A DNA stretch of 64,000 nucleotides. Source: Eledone cirrhosa (taxonomy: Eukaryota). A model generated the notes under the pieces. It was not told the origin of the DNA and did not search any database. It was given only the letters and a program-made list of their open reading frames with translations. The position numbers and the translations under genes were made by a program. Positions 26,345 to 41,859 of this stretch are shown piece by piece. Within the stretch, counting starts at the first letter, position 1. Every line of letters begins with the position of its first letter. Location of the stretch: NCBI GenBank assembly GCA_964016885.1, contig OZ024743.1:89094001-89158000 (forward strand), given 5' to 3'.

Positions 26345-26690
26345 TTTTCTTCGCCCACTTATTCTTGAGAGGATCGTGGGGACAGAGTCCTCAGACACTC
26401 CTTTCAGCAGGTCCTATCAGGAGCAACCATCTCCAACTGATCTGGCTGGATCCCCAAGCGAGACCAGCCAAGCGCATGGATGTTATCCAATCATCTTGCT
26501 TGGGGTCTACTCCTGGGTCTCCTGCTGGTTGGTTTTGCCCATAAAATCTGTCCAGCAGTTCTTTCCTGAGACATTCTAGCCACATGCCCATAGTAGATGT
26601 GATCTCTCAATTAGGAGAAGTAGTGGCTCTACCTGAAGTGACTCTCTGATCTCCGAGCTACGCACTCTATCGAGTAACGTTACTCCAAAG
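26345..26690 (-). mobile_element. RTE (Expander/Rex3-like) 3' fragment
   Basis: RPRGRP..RWLDNIH.LGWSRLGIQ..LRTL.PR.SQE* remnant; related copies at 40735-41060 (+) and 42937-43180 (-), with (GAA) tails. Confidence 0.7.
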
Positions 26691-26740
26691 GCCATATAAT
26701 GACAGTCTAAATTACATCTAAATTAGACCTCCTTATACTA

Positions 26741-26929
26741 ATAATTGTTTCTACTTTTGGCACAAGGCCAGCAATTATCTCAGTGCATTACTGGTACTTT
26801 ATTTTATCGACCCCGTAAGGATGAAAAGCAAAGTTAACCTCGGCGAGATTTGAACTCAGATCATAAAGGGCTGTAACTCTATGTTGCAAAGCATAGCGTC
26901 TGACCCTCTACCAATACTGCCAATCCTCC
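26741..26929 (-). mobile_element. Nin-domain tRNA-SINE
   Basis: Family match; ccttatactaataat on both sides (TSD-like). Confidence 0.85.
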
Positions 26930-27357
26930 GACCTTATACTAATAATGATGACAGTCTTAATTGCTGCTAAGTTAGACCACTTAATGACTGTCTGAATTAC
27001 AGTTGAGAACTTACAGATATATACATTTGTTTATAACAGATATGGTGTATGTATCTGTAACAGATATATACATATTTGCCTGTAGCAGATATGATATGCA
27101 TGTCTGTAATATTGTGCTTGTGTGTCTATAACATAGAATGATTGTGTCTATAGCAGATACAAGACTTATGTGTCTATAACAGATATATATGTGTGTGTCT
27201 ATAACAGATATGATACATGTGTGTTTATAACAGATATAAACATGTGTGTGTCTATAATAGATATGGTGTATGTGTGTTTATACATACAACATATACACCC
27301 ATATAAATTATGTGATCGAAACCAGTAAAATAATATATGCATGCATGTTTGTATGTA

Positions 27358-27398
<41 letters not shown>

Positions 27399-27481
27399 AT
27401 ATATATACAGGAAGGATAGTGGTGGATTATAAGAGGCGCTTAAACAAAGACTTTCTGATGTTGACATTTAAAATTTTGCAG

Positions 27482-27554
27482 ATTACGTTGTATTATAAAT
27501 TCCGAACCGGTTCGTTCCAAACCAGCCAACGACATCACAAGTCTAACAGAAAAG
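27482..27554 (+). CDS. MOSPD2: MOSPD2-like exon (LRCIINSEPVRSKPANDITSLTEK)
   Basis: ttttgcag / gtttgc, phase 2 to 0; completes MEHRLRC. Confidence 0.9.
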
Positions 27555-27765
27555 GTTTGCACATTGATTGACTTATTTCACTCTCTCTCTCTTCTTCTTT
27601 CTCCCTTTCGCTGTGTCTCACTATCTGTCTTAGTCGGTTTTTCTCTACTTGTATCTCTTCTATCTTTTTTTAAATTTTTTTTATATACAATAATCCAAGG
27701 GAGGTAACTTCTTTCTTGCTCACCTCCGATACAATTTTAAAAGGGGAGACAAACGATGGTGCACT

Positions 27766-29564
<1,799 letters not shown>

Positions 29565-29660
29565 CATACATACATACATACATACATACATACAAAGGCG
29601 ACCACAAAAACACTCCTTGATTTCAAATAATAATAAAAATAATGATTTAATTTATCAAAT

Positions 29661-30480
29661 TACTGAGTACCTGGCATCGCCCGGGAGAACAGTTAAGAGA
29701 AGACGGATAAAAGAGAAAACGACTGTATTGGATGTGTTGTCTGGTTTACAGTATGAGGTAAGACCGTAATGTGTGTGTGAGAGAGAGACACAAAAAAAAA
29801 ACAATCATAAAACTTCCTTATTAGGTTGGGAGAGTAAATTGTCCATTAAATGGTAGCATTGGCCTTGGATTTTAAATGTTGTGAAATAACCATAGCCATT
29901 ATGATCTTTTTCAGCTCCAAAGGACGTCATCTGAAATGCAGCAATATACCGCATAACATTGCTTCTGAAGTGTTTAGCTTCATTAGTATGGTCTGTAAGC
30001 AGTATATGGAGGGTCCTCTATCAGTGGAAGTCTGACCTTTCCTCCTAAGCAACACATGCTAAGTGTAATATCCATGCTACCAATCGCAACTTTAGGATCA
30101 TTTCTATAATTCTTTGATGGATCATATAAAAATGCAGCTCTCAGCCAGTTTATTCTGCCTTGAAGAGTCGTTTGTGTTCGTTGAGTTTGCATCGCAACTG
30201 TCATTGCCTCTTGGTCATTGCCTCATATTGAACCTCTACTTTGTTCGTCTCTGGATCAAAAACATAAACACACTTTTTTTCTTCTGTTTTTTCTTTGCTC
30301 GTTTCCTTAAAATTTACCATCATTTATTACACAATCATCATCTATTACATAATTTACACCTGAAGATGTCACCAGGTTCTTATGCAACCTGACCACTGAA
30401 ATGTGCATAGTGTTTGCAGCAATAAATAATTAAGGAAATTCAACATATTTGGCCTCCTGTATGTAATTTCACTTTATATA
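29661..30480 (-). mobile_element. Helitron remnant (RepHel N-terminal fragment)
   Basis: Minus-strand AFLYDP..VAIG.M..CCLGGKVRLP and EAKHFRSNVMRYIAAFQMTSFGA..FKIQGQCYHLM; cccgggcgatgccaggta hairpin near the 3' end. 5' boundary uncertain. Confidence 0.75.
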
Positions 30481-30628
30481 TATTTAAATATATATTTAAA
30501 TATATATCTTATACTATAGCCCCATATTACCTATCCATTTTCACAGTAAATTTAAAAATTCATCTCTCTCCCTCCCTCTCTCTCAATAAAAGCTATTAAT
30601 TACCTGTCTTCTCTCTATATTTATCCAG

Positions 30629-30820
30629 GTGGAAACACTCAATTCAGCCGTCAGCCGTATTGAAAGACGTCAACAACAAGTCATCTTACTGCAGTTGGTC
30701 TTCCTGCTGGTTGTCGTTCTTGCCATTGTCTCAGACTATTGGCAATCAGTGTCAGCTCCTCAAGATCACAAGTCAAAGTACTGTCCGGCACCACCACTAC
30801 CACCTTCAGCTGCTCAATGA
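30629..30820 (+). CDS. MOSPD2: MOSPD2-like terminal exon: coiled coil, TM helix, short tail, stop
   Basis: ttatccag acceptor, phase 0; VETLNSAVSRIERRQQQVILLQLVFLLVVVLAIV..TGA. Confidence 0.9.
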   Translation: METLNSAVSRIERRQQQVILLQLVFLLVVVLAIVSDYWQSVSAPQDHKSKYCPAPPLPPSAAQ

Positions 30821-31014
30821 TGTTCCTTTCCCTCCCCCTCTCTATGAATCCATCACCTCCTCTTTCGCCTCCTCTTATGTCTCTTCCTAGTTGTTCACTG
30901 GTTGTCATTGATAGCTTTTGAGAGAGATGGAGGTGGGGATGGGGGCACGGCCCAGTCAATTACCTGAACCCCCTTCCCCTCCTCCATTCTATTCACTTCA
31001 ATTACTTATTAGAC

Positions 31015-31020
31015 AATAAA
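31015..31020 (+). terminator. Candidate polyadenylation signal
   Basis: First AATAAA about 195 nt after the MOSPD2-like stop; a second lies near 31110. Confidence 0.35.
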
Positions 31021-31280
31021 CAATCACCATTAAAAACCAAAATATATAATTGTCAGACTCCAGCATCACTGGCTCTAGTTTGTTGAGAAACAACAACAAA
31101 CAACAGTAGAATAAACTGTTGTTGCTGCTGTTGCTGTTGTTGTTGCTGTTGTTGTTGTTATAATTTATATTGATTAATTAAAGTGATTATTTTGTTTTTG
31201 TATTCTTCTAATTAGGGGTGGTTTGCCATTGACAATAGTTTTGTGATACTAATTGTTAAAAGACATTATTATTTTTATTA

Positions 31281-31520
31281 GGGGCGGTGGATTGGCAGAA
31301 TTGGTAAGGCGTCGGACATCATGCTTTGCAGCATAGAGTTATGGCCCTTTATATTCTGAGTTCAAATCCCTCTGAGGTTAGCTTTGCCTTTCATCCTTAC
31401 GGGGTTGATAAAATAAAGTATTAGTAATGTACTGGGGTTGATTTTAATCGATTTTCCCCTCCCCCAAAATTACTGGCCTTGTGCCTATAGTAAAAATCAT
31501 TATTATTATTATTATTATAG
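31281..31520 (+). mobile_element. Nin-domain tRNA-SINE
   Basis: Full head, core and (ATT)n tail; preceded by attattatt. Confidence 0.85.
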
Positions 31521-32053
31521 ATTGGTGATATATTCTAGAAAGATCTCACATCTCTATGGCATTTCATCTTCTCTTCTCTGTTTCGCTCACACACACACAC
31601 ACTTAAATGTATATATCCACGCAAGCATATACATTCATACATGTGTGTGTATATATATATATATATATATGCAACTAAGTATTCATGTATATAATTACAC
31701 ACACTCACAAACATACATACAAACACAACTTCAATCAAATGCTGGATTAAACTGTTGATTTTTATTACAACTGTTAGTTTCACAATCATTTGGGATTAAA
31801 TTAATCCCCCTTCATTTTATGATTGTTAAAATAATAATGAAGAAAGTCTATTATAAACCGTTCTTGAATTTCTCTGGTGATAATAATGATGGTGAGGTGT
31901 CTATATTTATAGTTGTGTGTGTGTATATATATATATATCAACAATTTACAATTTGTATTCCATGCTGGCATAGGTTGGGCGGGTTGTCCAATAATAGACA
32001 GGTTAGGGGAACACGTCTTGCTCACACATTCCATCTTTAACACCAACTACTTT

Positions 32054-32327
32054 ACAGAGTGTACAGGGTGCATTTTATCATGATACCAGCACTACCACTT
32101 TACAGGGTGTACAGGGTGCATTTTATCATGACACCAGCACTACCGCTTTACAGAGTGTACTGCGTCCATTTTATCGTGACACTAGCACTACCACTTTACA
32201 GGGTGTACAGGGTGCATTTTATCATGACACCAGCACTACCGCTTTACAGAGTGTACTGCGTGCATTTTATCGTGACACTAGCACTACCACTTTACAGAGT
32301 GTACTGCATGTACTTTATCATGACACA
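32054..32327 (-). repeat. 48-bp tandem repeat (about 6 units) derived from the RTE 3'UTR module
   Basis: cagggtgtacagggtgcattttatcatgacaccagcactaccgcttta units, contiguous with an RTE tail; similar array at 24630-24800. Confidence 0.8.
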
Positions 32328-32569
32328 TGCATTATTATCACACCAAACAACTAAAATCCTGTCAAGGTCAACTTTGCCTTTCATTTTTCCTGGGTTGATA
32401 AAAGTTTATATACTATATGTACAGTTAAGTACTGGGAACAATATAACCAACTTTCCCCCTTTCCCTCAAATTACTGGGCTTGTGTCAATGTTAGAAAGAA
32501 TTATTGTTATTTTAACATCTATAAAATTAACATCGATTGATATAATTAGCTAATGATTTGAAGAGATGT

Positions 32570-32900
32570 AATAATAATAATACTAATGAAAATTATTGTG
32601 TACAGTGCTCGGGTGCACTACAACTCATCAAAGGTTCATGTAGAGTACATAGAATAATGTACAAATGTCAGGAAAGTGAACAGTGTATGAATCATGATAT
32701 ACACACAGATACATGTGTGCGTGTGTTTGGAGGGGAAATATCAGGTGTAGTGTTGGTGAACTTCAGGAAGCATGGAAGTTTTGAAGGATGCAGTGTCCCA
32801 ACACCTAACAACCGATGCAGGTAGTTTGTTCCATGCTTCAGCTACTCTGAGCGTGAAAAGATGTTTCTGAAAGTCATGGGAGTGGTACTATTTTCTGATG
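32570..32900 (-). mobile_element. CR1-clade LINE 3' end
   Basis: Homologous to 20490-20800. Confidence 0.8.
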
Positions 32901-33070
32901 GTGAAACTAACAGTTATAATGGAAATCAATGGTTTTATCCAGCATTGCACTAAACTTACTAGACTCTACATTGTTTTGTATTGAGTTTTGTCGTTTTGAA
33001 ATTATTTACCAAAACACACACACATATATATATATCAATGCATACATGTATGTATATATCTATGTATGTC

Positions 33071-33120
<50 letters not shown>

Positions 33121-33439
33121 CCCCCCCCACACACACACACACATGCAAGCACATATATACGCATGCACACATACATAAATTAACACAGGTGTATGTATAT
33201 ACATCAGTGTATACATGTATACATCAACACATGGCTGTGATAAAGCTGTCTGTATGGCCCAGCTGACCATGGAACTTTATAGTAGAGAGGGTACACACAC
33301 ACACACACATCCATGTGATATTGATGGACGTGTGAGTACTCAATACCAAAGTAAAGTTTATCATAGCTAAGTGATGAGTCTTGTTACTCTGGAGTTCCAT
33401 CTGTGTACTCACAGAATCATCAGACAATACTCTTGTTTG

Positions 33440-33905
33440 TTGGGAGTTTAGTCATAAAATGATATGGTGAGTATAGCAGGGGGTTTAGTCATATGATAAA
33501 GTAGTGGGAGTAGTAGTGGGTATAATTATAAAATATGGTGGAGGTAGTCAGGAATTTAATCTTAAGATGAAATGATGGGAATAGTAAATAGTTTAGTCAT
33601 ATAATGATGAGGGGGGTAGTAAGGAGTTTAGTCATAAAATGATGAGGGGGTAGTAAGGAGTTTAGTCATGAAATGATGAGGGGTAGTAAGGAGTTTAGTC
33701 ATGAAATGAATTGATGGGGTTTCAATCATAAGATGAAGTGATGGAAATAGTAAGGACTTTAGTCATAAAATGATGAGGGAGTAGCAAGGAGTTTCGTCAT
33801 AAGATGAAGTGATGGGAATAGTAGGAGTTTAGTTATAAGATGATGCAATGGGAGTAGTAGGTGGTTTAGTAATAAAATGAGGGTGGAGTAGTAAGGAATT
33901 GTTGA
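33440..33905. repeat. Degenerate 30-36 bp minisatellite
   Basis: ggagtttagtcataaaatgatgaggggtagtaa units. Confidence 0.8.
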
Positions 33906-33933
33906 ATTAAATGTGGGGTACATAATTTATATG

Positions 33934-34213
33934 TGGAGGTGCGTGGCCTAGTGGTAAGGGTGTTGGACTTACGATGATAATGTTGTGGGTTTGATTTCTG
34001 GGCTGGGTTGTGTGTTGTGTTCTTGAGCAAAACACTTCATTTCACGCTGCTCCAGTATACTCAGCTGAAAATGAGTACCAGCAAAAGCTGGGGGTTTAAC
34101 CCTGTGATGGACTGGTGTCCTGTTCAGTGGGGAGTCTTTTACTTTCAGTCGCTTTATGCCACAAAACCGGGATAAGCACCGGCCTGACGAGCCTCCTGGC
34201 TCGAGACAGACTT
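33934..34213 (+). mobile_element. tRNA-derived SINE (CORE/Meta-like centre, different tail)
   Basis: tggcctagtggtaag A-box, cttgagcaaaacactt core, aaccgggataagcaccgg tail. Confidence 0.7.
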
Positions 34214-34993
34214 TAGAGATTTTAGAACATAATTTATAGTGTGTTGTTTTCACCAAGAAGACCTGTAAATGACTTAGCATGTTGAGCTAGACACAGCTGT
34301 TGCTTTATTGTCTCATCTTGTACTTCAATCTCTAGCAGTTACTTTCTATTACATGTTGGTGTAATGAGATGAACAATCCTGTCCATATAATGCACCAAAA
34401 CCATGGTGATTCCCAGCAGACAGCTGATGATAAAAGGATGCTTCCGTTAGTCTATTTTGATCCAAATTTCCAATGTCTCTTGTTAAGGGCAGAAACACAG
34501 CTCTCCTGAGAGATTCTTACCACTATCAGTGTGTTCAGATTTTGACTTTATATATATGCTCTTATTATTTTACTGGTTTCAGTCATTAGACTGTGTTCAT
34601 GCTGGGGCACCAGTGTGAAAGTTTTTTTGTCAATTATGTTGATTCTAGTACTTATTTAGTTGATTTTTTTTATTAAACCATTAAGGTATGAAGCATAAAC
34701 AAAAAGTAAATGTCAACACACACGCACACACACACACACGTATCATCATCATCATCATCATTGTTTAACTTCTATTTTTGATGCTTGCATGGTTATATTG
34801 GTTATGTTATAAGACTGTTCAGATCTGGTGACAATGCCTTGCTCATATGGATCTGTATTTTGGCTTGGTTTTTATGGCTGGCTGCCCTTCCTAATACCAA
34901 TCATGTTACAGTGTGGACTGGGTACTTTTTAATGTGGCACTAAAACGACCATCTAACAGGGTGGACTGGGTGCATTTTTCATTGTGTCACTAG

Positions 34994-35025
<32 letters not shown>

Positions 35026-35043
35026 AAATAGTTTAGACAAGTT

Positions 35044-35074
<31 letters not shown>

Positions 35075-35258
35075 TATATATATAAATAAAGTAGCTTTGA
35101 CAAGTTGATAACACAACCATATAAAGGCAAAGAATATTTCAAAGCTCAAATGTGATTTTATAGTCCACAGCAAGATAGGTAAAAGATAGTTCAGAGTTTA
35201 ACACTATTGGAAATCAATTAAATAATTTCATGTAATTTAATCCTGGTTATTTTTATTC

Positions 35259-35292
<34 letters not shown>

Positions 35293-35846
35293 CACAGGCT
35301 TGGCTGTGTGTTTCAGGAGTTTACTTCGCAACCACTTATACCACGTACTTTCAAACTCCTTAACCACAATCTATATATACAGCTTGCACCTATATAAATA
35401 TGCATGTGAACACATGCAACAACAGAAATCCATAGCGAACCATGACATATGCAAGATAAACAGGAATTAACCACATGAACTAAGCCTCAACCAAAAGAGG
35501 TATTGTTGCACCAACCATCAGAGGACAAAGACATGAAACTGTAACTATTTTGCTCGATGCTAGTCCTATATATTAAATACTCTGCCTAACCTAAGGTACT
35601 GAGTTCTTTTTTACTTTGTTTATGCTATTACCATGTACACAATTTCACTTAGAAACACTATAAGCTACATATTATATATATATAATTCAAAATTCTTATT
35701 GAATATTGAAATTGTAAATGCTCTGCTATTGGAACTGCTCTTTATTTATCTGATTTTATATTCGTTCCTGAAGAACGAAGGGCTAAAAAAGTGCATCGAG
35801 TTTATCTCATATTACCAATGAAAATAGTGAACTATTATACTATAAC

Positions 35847-35888
<42 letters not shown>

Positions 35889-37013
35889 GTTATACCAGTG
35901 GTAGCTGATGATGTGTGTACAATTAATAAATATTAGCTCTACAATAGGACATAGAGTGCTCTCTTTTCTTGTTGATCATGACGCTACACTAAACACACAT
36001 GTCATTGAGACGTGACACAAGACTAGTTCTATTTCATTCAGAACACCATTCTACTAATATATATACACACATATATATAGTATGTATCCTGGTTTTTAGA
36101 AAAGATACACTGTAGCTCTGTATGCCAATGAACGGTTGGCATCACAAAGAGTATATGACCATAGAAAAACTTTCTCAAAATATCCCGTCCCAACATGGAA
36201 AGGCCAATATAAAAACAATGATGATGATTATGATGTTGATATATATGTATGAATTAGCTAGTGGTGCACTGGGATGAACAATCCTGTCTATAAAATATAC
36301 TGAAATTGTGGTGATTCCCAGTGGATAGCTGATGATAAAGAGATGTTTTTATATATATTTATACACATAATGTGTGTGGCAGAAACAGAGGTAAATCAAG
36401 GAAAAGTTAGGAAGATTTAGATGAAAAAATGGGAATATTAAAGTCGACAACTGAAATGGTGTAGAGTAGAAACATGATTATAAATAATCTTGCATACCTA
36501 TCAGACCATAGCTGTATGGAACACAGTGGCTATTAAACTAATGATATATACACATGGACAGGCATGTGTATATACCCATATATATTCTCACATATTCTAT
36601 AAATACAAATTATTTAAACAAATGCCATATAGATGAAAGATTGCTCAAACTATTACTACTATTAGCAGAAGTGAACAACTACATGAACAAAGTTTTTATA
36701 TATTTGTACAGCAAGACTTGCATGCATTTTTAACTTTGTATGTTCTCCCCTGGCCCTTGTTGCAGTCTAGAATGGTTAGAGAACCCACCCCAAACACCAC
36801 CCACCTCTAGTCAGAAATGTTACAGTGATTTAATGAAGAACAGCACAAATAATCAATAGAAACACAGAAAAATTAAACAGAAAATCAAAATTGAAAATCA
36901 AATATTTGAGATTTATTGCCTTATAGTGCATTGAAAATGTGAGCTTGTTTGTGTTTATATATATACACACACATATATAATGTATATGTAATATAGTTAT
37001 GTGTGTGTGGAAC

Positions 37014-37053
<40 letters not shown>

Positions 37054-37900
37054 ATCTATACATATGTATGTATATATATATATATATATTTTTGTGTGTG
37101 TAACATGTATTATATATATGTATATAAATATGCATATGTTTGTGTGTATGTTTGAACGATTGCATGTGTGTATGTAAAATGTTTAAATATTTAGTTCAAT
37201 TAGAAAGAAAAAGCTGACTCAACACTTACCCACAGGTTCAATCAACCCTGATTGTCCACTCTTCTTACCCCATGCCCTTTACAACATACAGCATGTTTCT
37301 ATAGAATGAGATATTGTGGGTGCGAAAATTGTAGAATCGGCCCATTTTATGTGGAAATGGTATTTTAATAAAAACATGACAAAGTAACAATTGGCCGAGC
37401 AAATACAGACATTTTATTAAACATGTTTTGAAAAAGCGCATCAATAATATTTATATAAATAAATATTTTCTGATCAGAATTTCACTGTTTTTTTCTTTTC
37501 TCTTTTGTTGTTATTGTTGTGCCAATATATGTATAGGCTTGCAGTGTGTGTGTGTGCTGTTGTTGTTGTACCAGTGTACTCTCAGGTCTTGAATAATCAC
37601 CTCACCTCCCCTGCTTATTAAATTTTCAGATCTGCCCCCACACACTTATTAAATTTTGCTAACTATTTCTGGCGGAATTATATTGTAAGTTATTCATATC
37701 GATACAGCAACTGGAGAATCTAATAATAATTTTATTTTACATTAAAAAAACATTATATATGACAAAAAAAGAACATTACAAGAAATCCCATATTTACGAA
37801 TGTACACTATTACTGCCCCCCCCCCCCGAATTTAAGCAATCCCCCCCCCCTATTATTTGGGACCCAAGAGTATGTATAGATCTGTTATTGAACCAATATA

Positions 37901-39957
37901 CGAATGTCGGCTAAAAAAGTTCATAGGCTGACCAAGATACTCTCATGGAATGACCAAATGAGGTTTATTTTTCAACATAGTCCCTGGAGAGAAACAATGC
38001 AGTAATTAATAAGAAGAGTTAAAATTAATGTATGCAAGATTTCACAGCTCTAACATCAATCCTTCATAACACTGTGTAACATTTTTTGTTCCCCGGTTCT
38101 AAGTGTCATTTCATGGTTTGTTATATCCCATTATTATAAAAAAACACTATTATTTAATCAGAAGTTTGGGTTTGTGGTCAGGAGTTTGATATTTCGAAAT
38201 TTTCATATTTTTCAAGAAAAAACACATTTAAAAAAAATTTATCAGTTCATATAATTAAATCAACAGAGTATATATTTATTTTATTACACAAGCTTATCAA
38301 AAGCAAACAAGTAAAAACAAATAACACTTATAAAGCAACTTATACACGTCAGAAATGACTGGATTTGCGGTTGTAGTCCAGGTCGCATTCCCGCACTAGC
38401 CCCCAGATATAGTCCCCCATCACTTTTTCATTGTAGTGGCCCCGGTACCTCCGCTCTATCTCTTTCACATCTTGGTGGAATCGGTCGCCTTGTTCTGAGT
38501 AGGCGCCCATATTGTCCTTGAATTTTTGCAGGTGAGCGTCCAGCATATAGAGTTTAAGCGACATCCTGCATCCCATGGCGCCAAAAGCCTTTATCAGATC
38601 CTGCACCAGTTGCTGGTAGTTTTCAGCTCTGTAGTTGCCCAGGAAGCCCTTAACAACTGCCTTGAAACAGTTCCATGCTGTTCTCTCAATCCTATTGAGC
38701 TTATTGGAGAACTCGGTAGACTCAAACACCTTTTTTATCTGAGGTCCAACAAAAATTCAACCTTTGATTTTGGCCTCAGATAACTTGGGGAAGAACTCAA
38801 AAAGGTACTTAAAAGCGGCTGATTCTTGGTTTGAGAGCCTTCACAAACTGCTTCATCAACCCCCAACTTAATGTGCAGTGGCGGCATGAGCACAATCTTG
38901 GGATCAACCAGTGGCTCCCACATGACGTTCCGGGTCCCAACTGTTCGCTGTTCCCAGTTCTTTCTTTTGTAGTGGTCAGAGGTGGCTCTGCTGTCCCAAA
39001 GGCAGAGGAAGCATTGGAATTTGATAAAGCCTCCTTAGAGTCCAAACAGGAAAGCCACCATCTTGAAGTTTCCAATGATTTCCCAATTGTACTGGTTGTA
39101 TTGCAGAACTTCCAAGAGGACTTTCACACTGTAGTAATCTTCCTTCAGGCAGACTGAATGAGCTAGGGGCAGTGTCGGGAACTTGTTTCCATTGTGGAGG
39201 AGGACAGCCTTCAAACTTGTGGTGGAGCTGTCTATAAATAGCCGCCACTCCTTGGGCACAAACTGCACCCCAATAACATCAAACAGTCCAGGCACATCAT
39301 GGCAGAAGCAGAGGCCATCCCTAAGAGTGTAAAAGCCTGAGAAAGGTTTGTGTCAACTTCTCTGACTTGTCACCTGCACTTCCTCCTTGACCAAGTTCCA
39401 CTGCTTCATCCTGGAGACGAATGCTTAAAACACAACTTACAGGGTGCGAAAATCCAGTATCAATAAATCTCTTTAATCCACTTTTTAACAATTTTATACT
39501 TTATTGCACTTTTATAATTTTCTTTAGGTATTACTCTTTATTTTATAATTTTAATTTAACCTGAAACATATATAAAAAAATCATTTAACATAAGCAAATT
39601 AAACTTACATACAACGTAAAATCCAGCATACAAATAATTCTAGTGAATAGCTTAGAATTTTTGCAAACACAAACTTTTAACTGTTTAATAGCACTTTTTT
39701 TTATTTATTTGGGACCTAAGCAACACAAAAAAGTGATTACAAGCCAGGAACAGAGAAAAAAAATGTTTTTGTTACACGGTGTAATCGGACCAAGACACTC
39801 TCATGGAATGACCAAATGAGGCTTATTTTTCAACATAATCCCGATAAAGAAACAATGCAGTTATTAATAAGAAGAGTTGAAATTAATGCATGCAAGATTT
39901 CACAGCTCTAGCATCCATCTTTCATAATCAGCCTCTGAACTTTTCAATTGGCCCTCA
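37901..39957. mobile_element. Mariner-type MITE with duplicated core, interrupted by Chapaev3
   Basis: TA-flanked imperfect TIRs aaaagttcataggctga / tcagcctctgaactttt. Confidence 0.65.
38070..39781 (-). mobile_element. Chapaev3 (CMC) DNA transposon, internally deleted, frameshifted transposase
   Basis: TIRs CACTGTGTAACA / TGTTACACGGTG, TAA duplication (38067-69, 39782-84); WRLFIDSS..LKAVLLHNGN, PPLHIKLG, GFLGN, SE.GDRFHQD..ERRY.G..MGDY.W motifs. Confidence 0.9.
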
Positions 39958-40189
39958 TATGTAGAGATCCTCTATGTTGTATGTAGGGGTCACCTATGTT
40001 GTTATTGTTGAGCCAATGTATGGGCTTGTTTTGTCATTGTATTAATGTATGTAAATGTCTCTGTTGTTCTAATTTGATACAAACTGTACTTACTGTATTA
40101 ATCTGCATGGGCTATGGTAAGGTATCAGCCCTTCTTCAGGGGTAAGTAACAACTGACAGAATAACTATGGTTATACTGTAACTAGTGTC

Positions 40190-40525
40190 AGACAAACCAT
40201 GGATAGACAGACAAACATACAGTAAACACTGACAGACAAACACACAATAACCTCTGACAGTAACCACTGATAGATAGACAGACAGACAGATGCAATAAAC
40301 TCTGACAGTAACCCCTGATAGACAGTACCTACAGATAGAGAGACAGGCAGACAGTAACCCCTGATAGACAGACAGTATCCACTGATAGACAGTACCTACA
40401 GATAGAGAGACAGGCAGACAGTAACCCCTGATAGACAGACAGTATCCACTGATAGACAGTAACTACAGATAGACAGACAGACAGACAATAACCACTGACA
40501 AACGGACACCACCACTGACTCACAG
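40190..40525. repeat. gacagtaaccNctgatagaca minisatellite
   Basis: Tandem units mixed with (GACA)n. Confidence 0.8.
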
Positions 40526-41859
40526 ATAGGACCCACTGGACTGCAATTGTTTAAAAGCTAAACCTAACCACAATGAATTATTTCTATTCTTTATTAGGTT
40601 ACATTAATGTGATTGTCATATCTTAATAATTCCAGTGATAACTATCCTAAATGTTTCTACAATCTCAGCTAGAGATTGAACCTCTAACTACACCATGTAA
40701 CATACAAGATCCAACAGTCTTACCAACTCAGCCACATGTGTGACTCGGAGATCAGAGTCACTCCAAGGAGAACTGTTACTTCTGCAAATTGAGAGATCAC
40801 AGCTCTGATACTATGGATATGTGTGTAGAATGTCTCAGGAAAGATTCGCTGGACAGATTTTACAGGCAAAACCAATCAGCAGGAGACTCGGGGTCGACCC
40901 TGAGCAAGATGGTTGGATAACATCCATGAACTTGGCTGGTTTGCTTGGGGATCCAGCTGGATCAGTTGGAGATGGTTGCTTCTGACAGGACCCAGTGGAA
41001 GGAATATTTGAGGACTCTGCCCCCACGACCCTCTCAGGAATATATGGGCAAAGAAGAAGAACTATCCTTAATGTTTACACAGACCAAACTTTAACAGGAG
41101 GGCTGGATTAACCATTAAATAAAATAAGCACGTCCTTAGGTCATCATAGGAAAAGGAGCATCATTTTATTCACATTATTTTTTTTGCAGACTTTATATAC
41201 AGTGGCGGCAGTGGTTGTGGCGGTGGTGGTGTGGTAGTGATGGTGGTGGTGGTAGACAGCATAATCTTTTAAGAGGTTAGGGCCCCAAAAGAACACAAAT
41301 TTTATTTTAGCTGTGATTATATGAACTTAATTATATTGTAGTAATTTATTGAAAGTAATGATTAATTTCTACCATTGTTTGTAAGAGTATAAGTATGATG
41401 TCCATTTACAGTTCAGTTCTGAGATTGCTTACAATCATCTACTTAACTTAAATCCCCATTAGATTACATTGTCATATAATTTGAGCAATATAACTTACTG
41501 ACGGGTCCAGGCCCGTCGCCAGACTTTGTTGCTGCCCAGGAGGTGAGGATGAGGGTGGGGGTGATTTCAAAACATTTTGAGTAGGTCCTCTAATTTGTAA
41601 TAATTCTAAGGGGGAGTTTTGGAATAAACATATCCCTGTAAATGTTTTCTAAGTCTTAGGATGTACCATCGAAAATTAAAGGGAACAGTACCATCCAGTG
41701 CTCCTCACCTCTTAGTGAAGGGCCTTGTGAATATGTGACAACTAATTTAGCCATAATTTATGACCCCTGAGAAAATATTTCACTGATCCCCTGCAATGTA
41801 TAAACCAAGTCATGGTTTATAAATAATATGATAAACAATCTTAAATCTATTGAAATCTT

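Noticed and set aside
32054-32327. CRISPR-like regular repeats (also 24630-24800)
   Set aside because: No unique spacers, no cas genes, eukaryotic context; units derive from the RTE 3'UTR.
34160-34210. ctgacga..gaga hammerhead-like motif in a SINE tail
   Set aside because: Lacks a correctly placed GAAA and stem III/cleavage triplet.
37230-37298. Minus-strand exon-like segment with GTAAGT donor
   Set aside because: Stops in all three frames; cannot support more than a possible non-coding exon.
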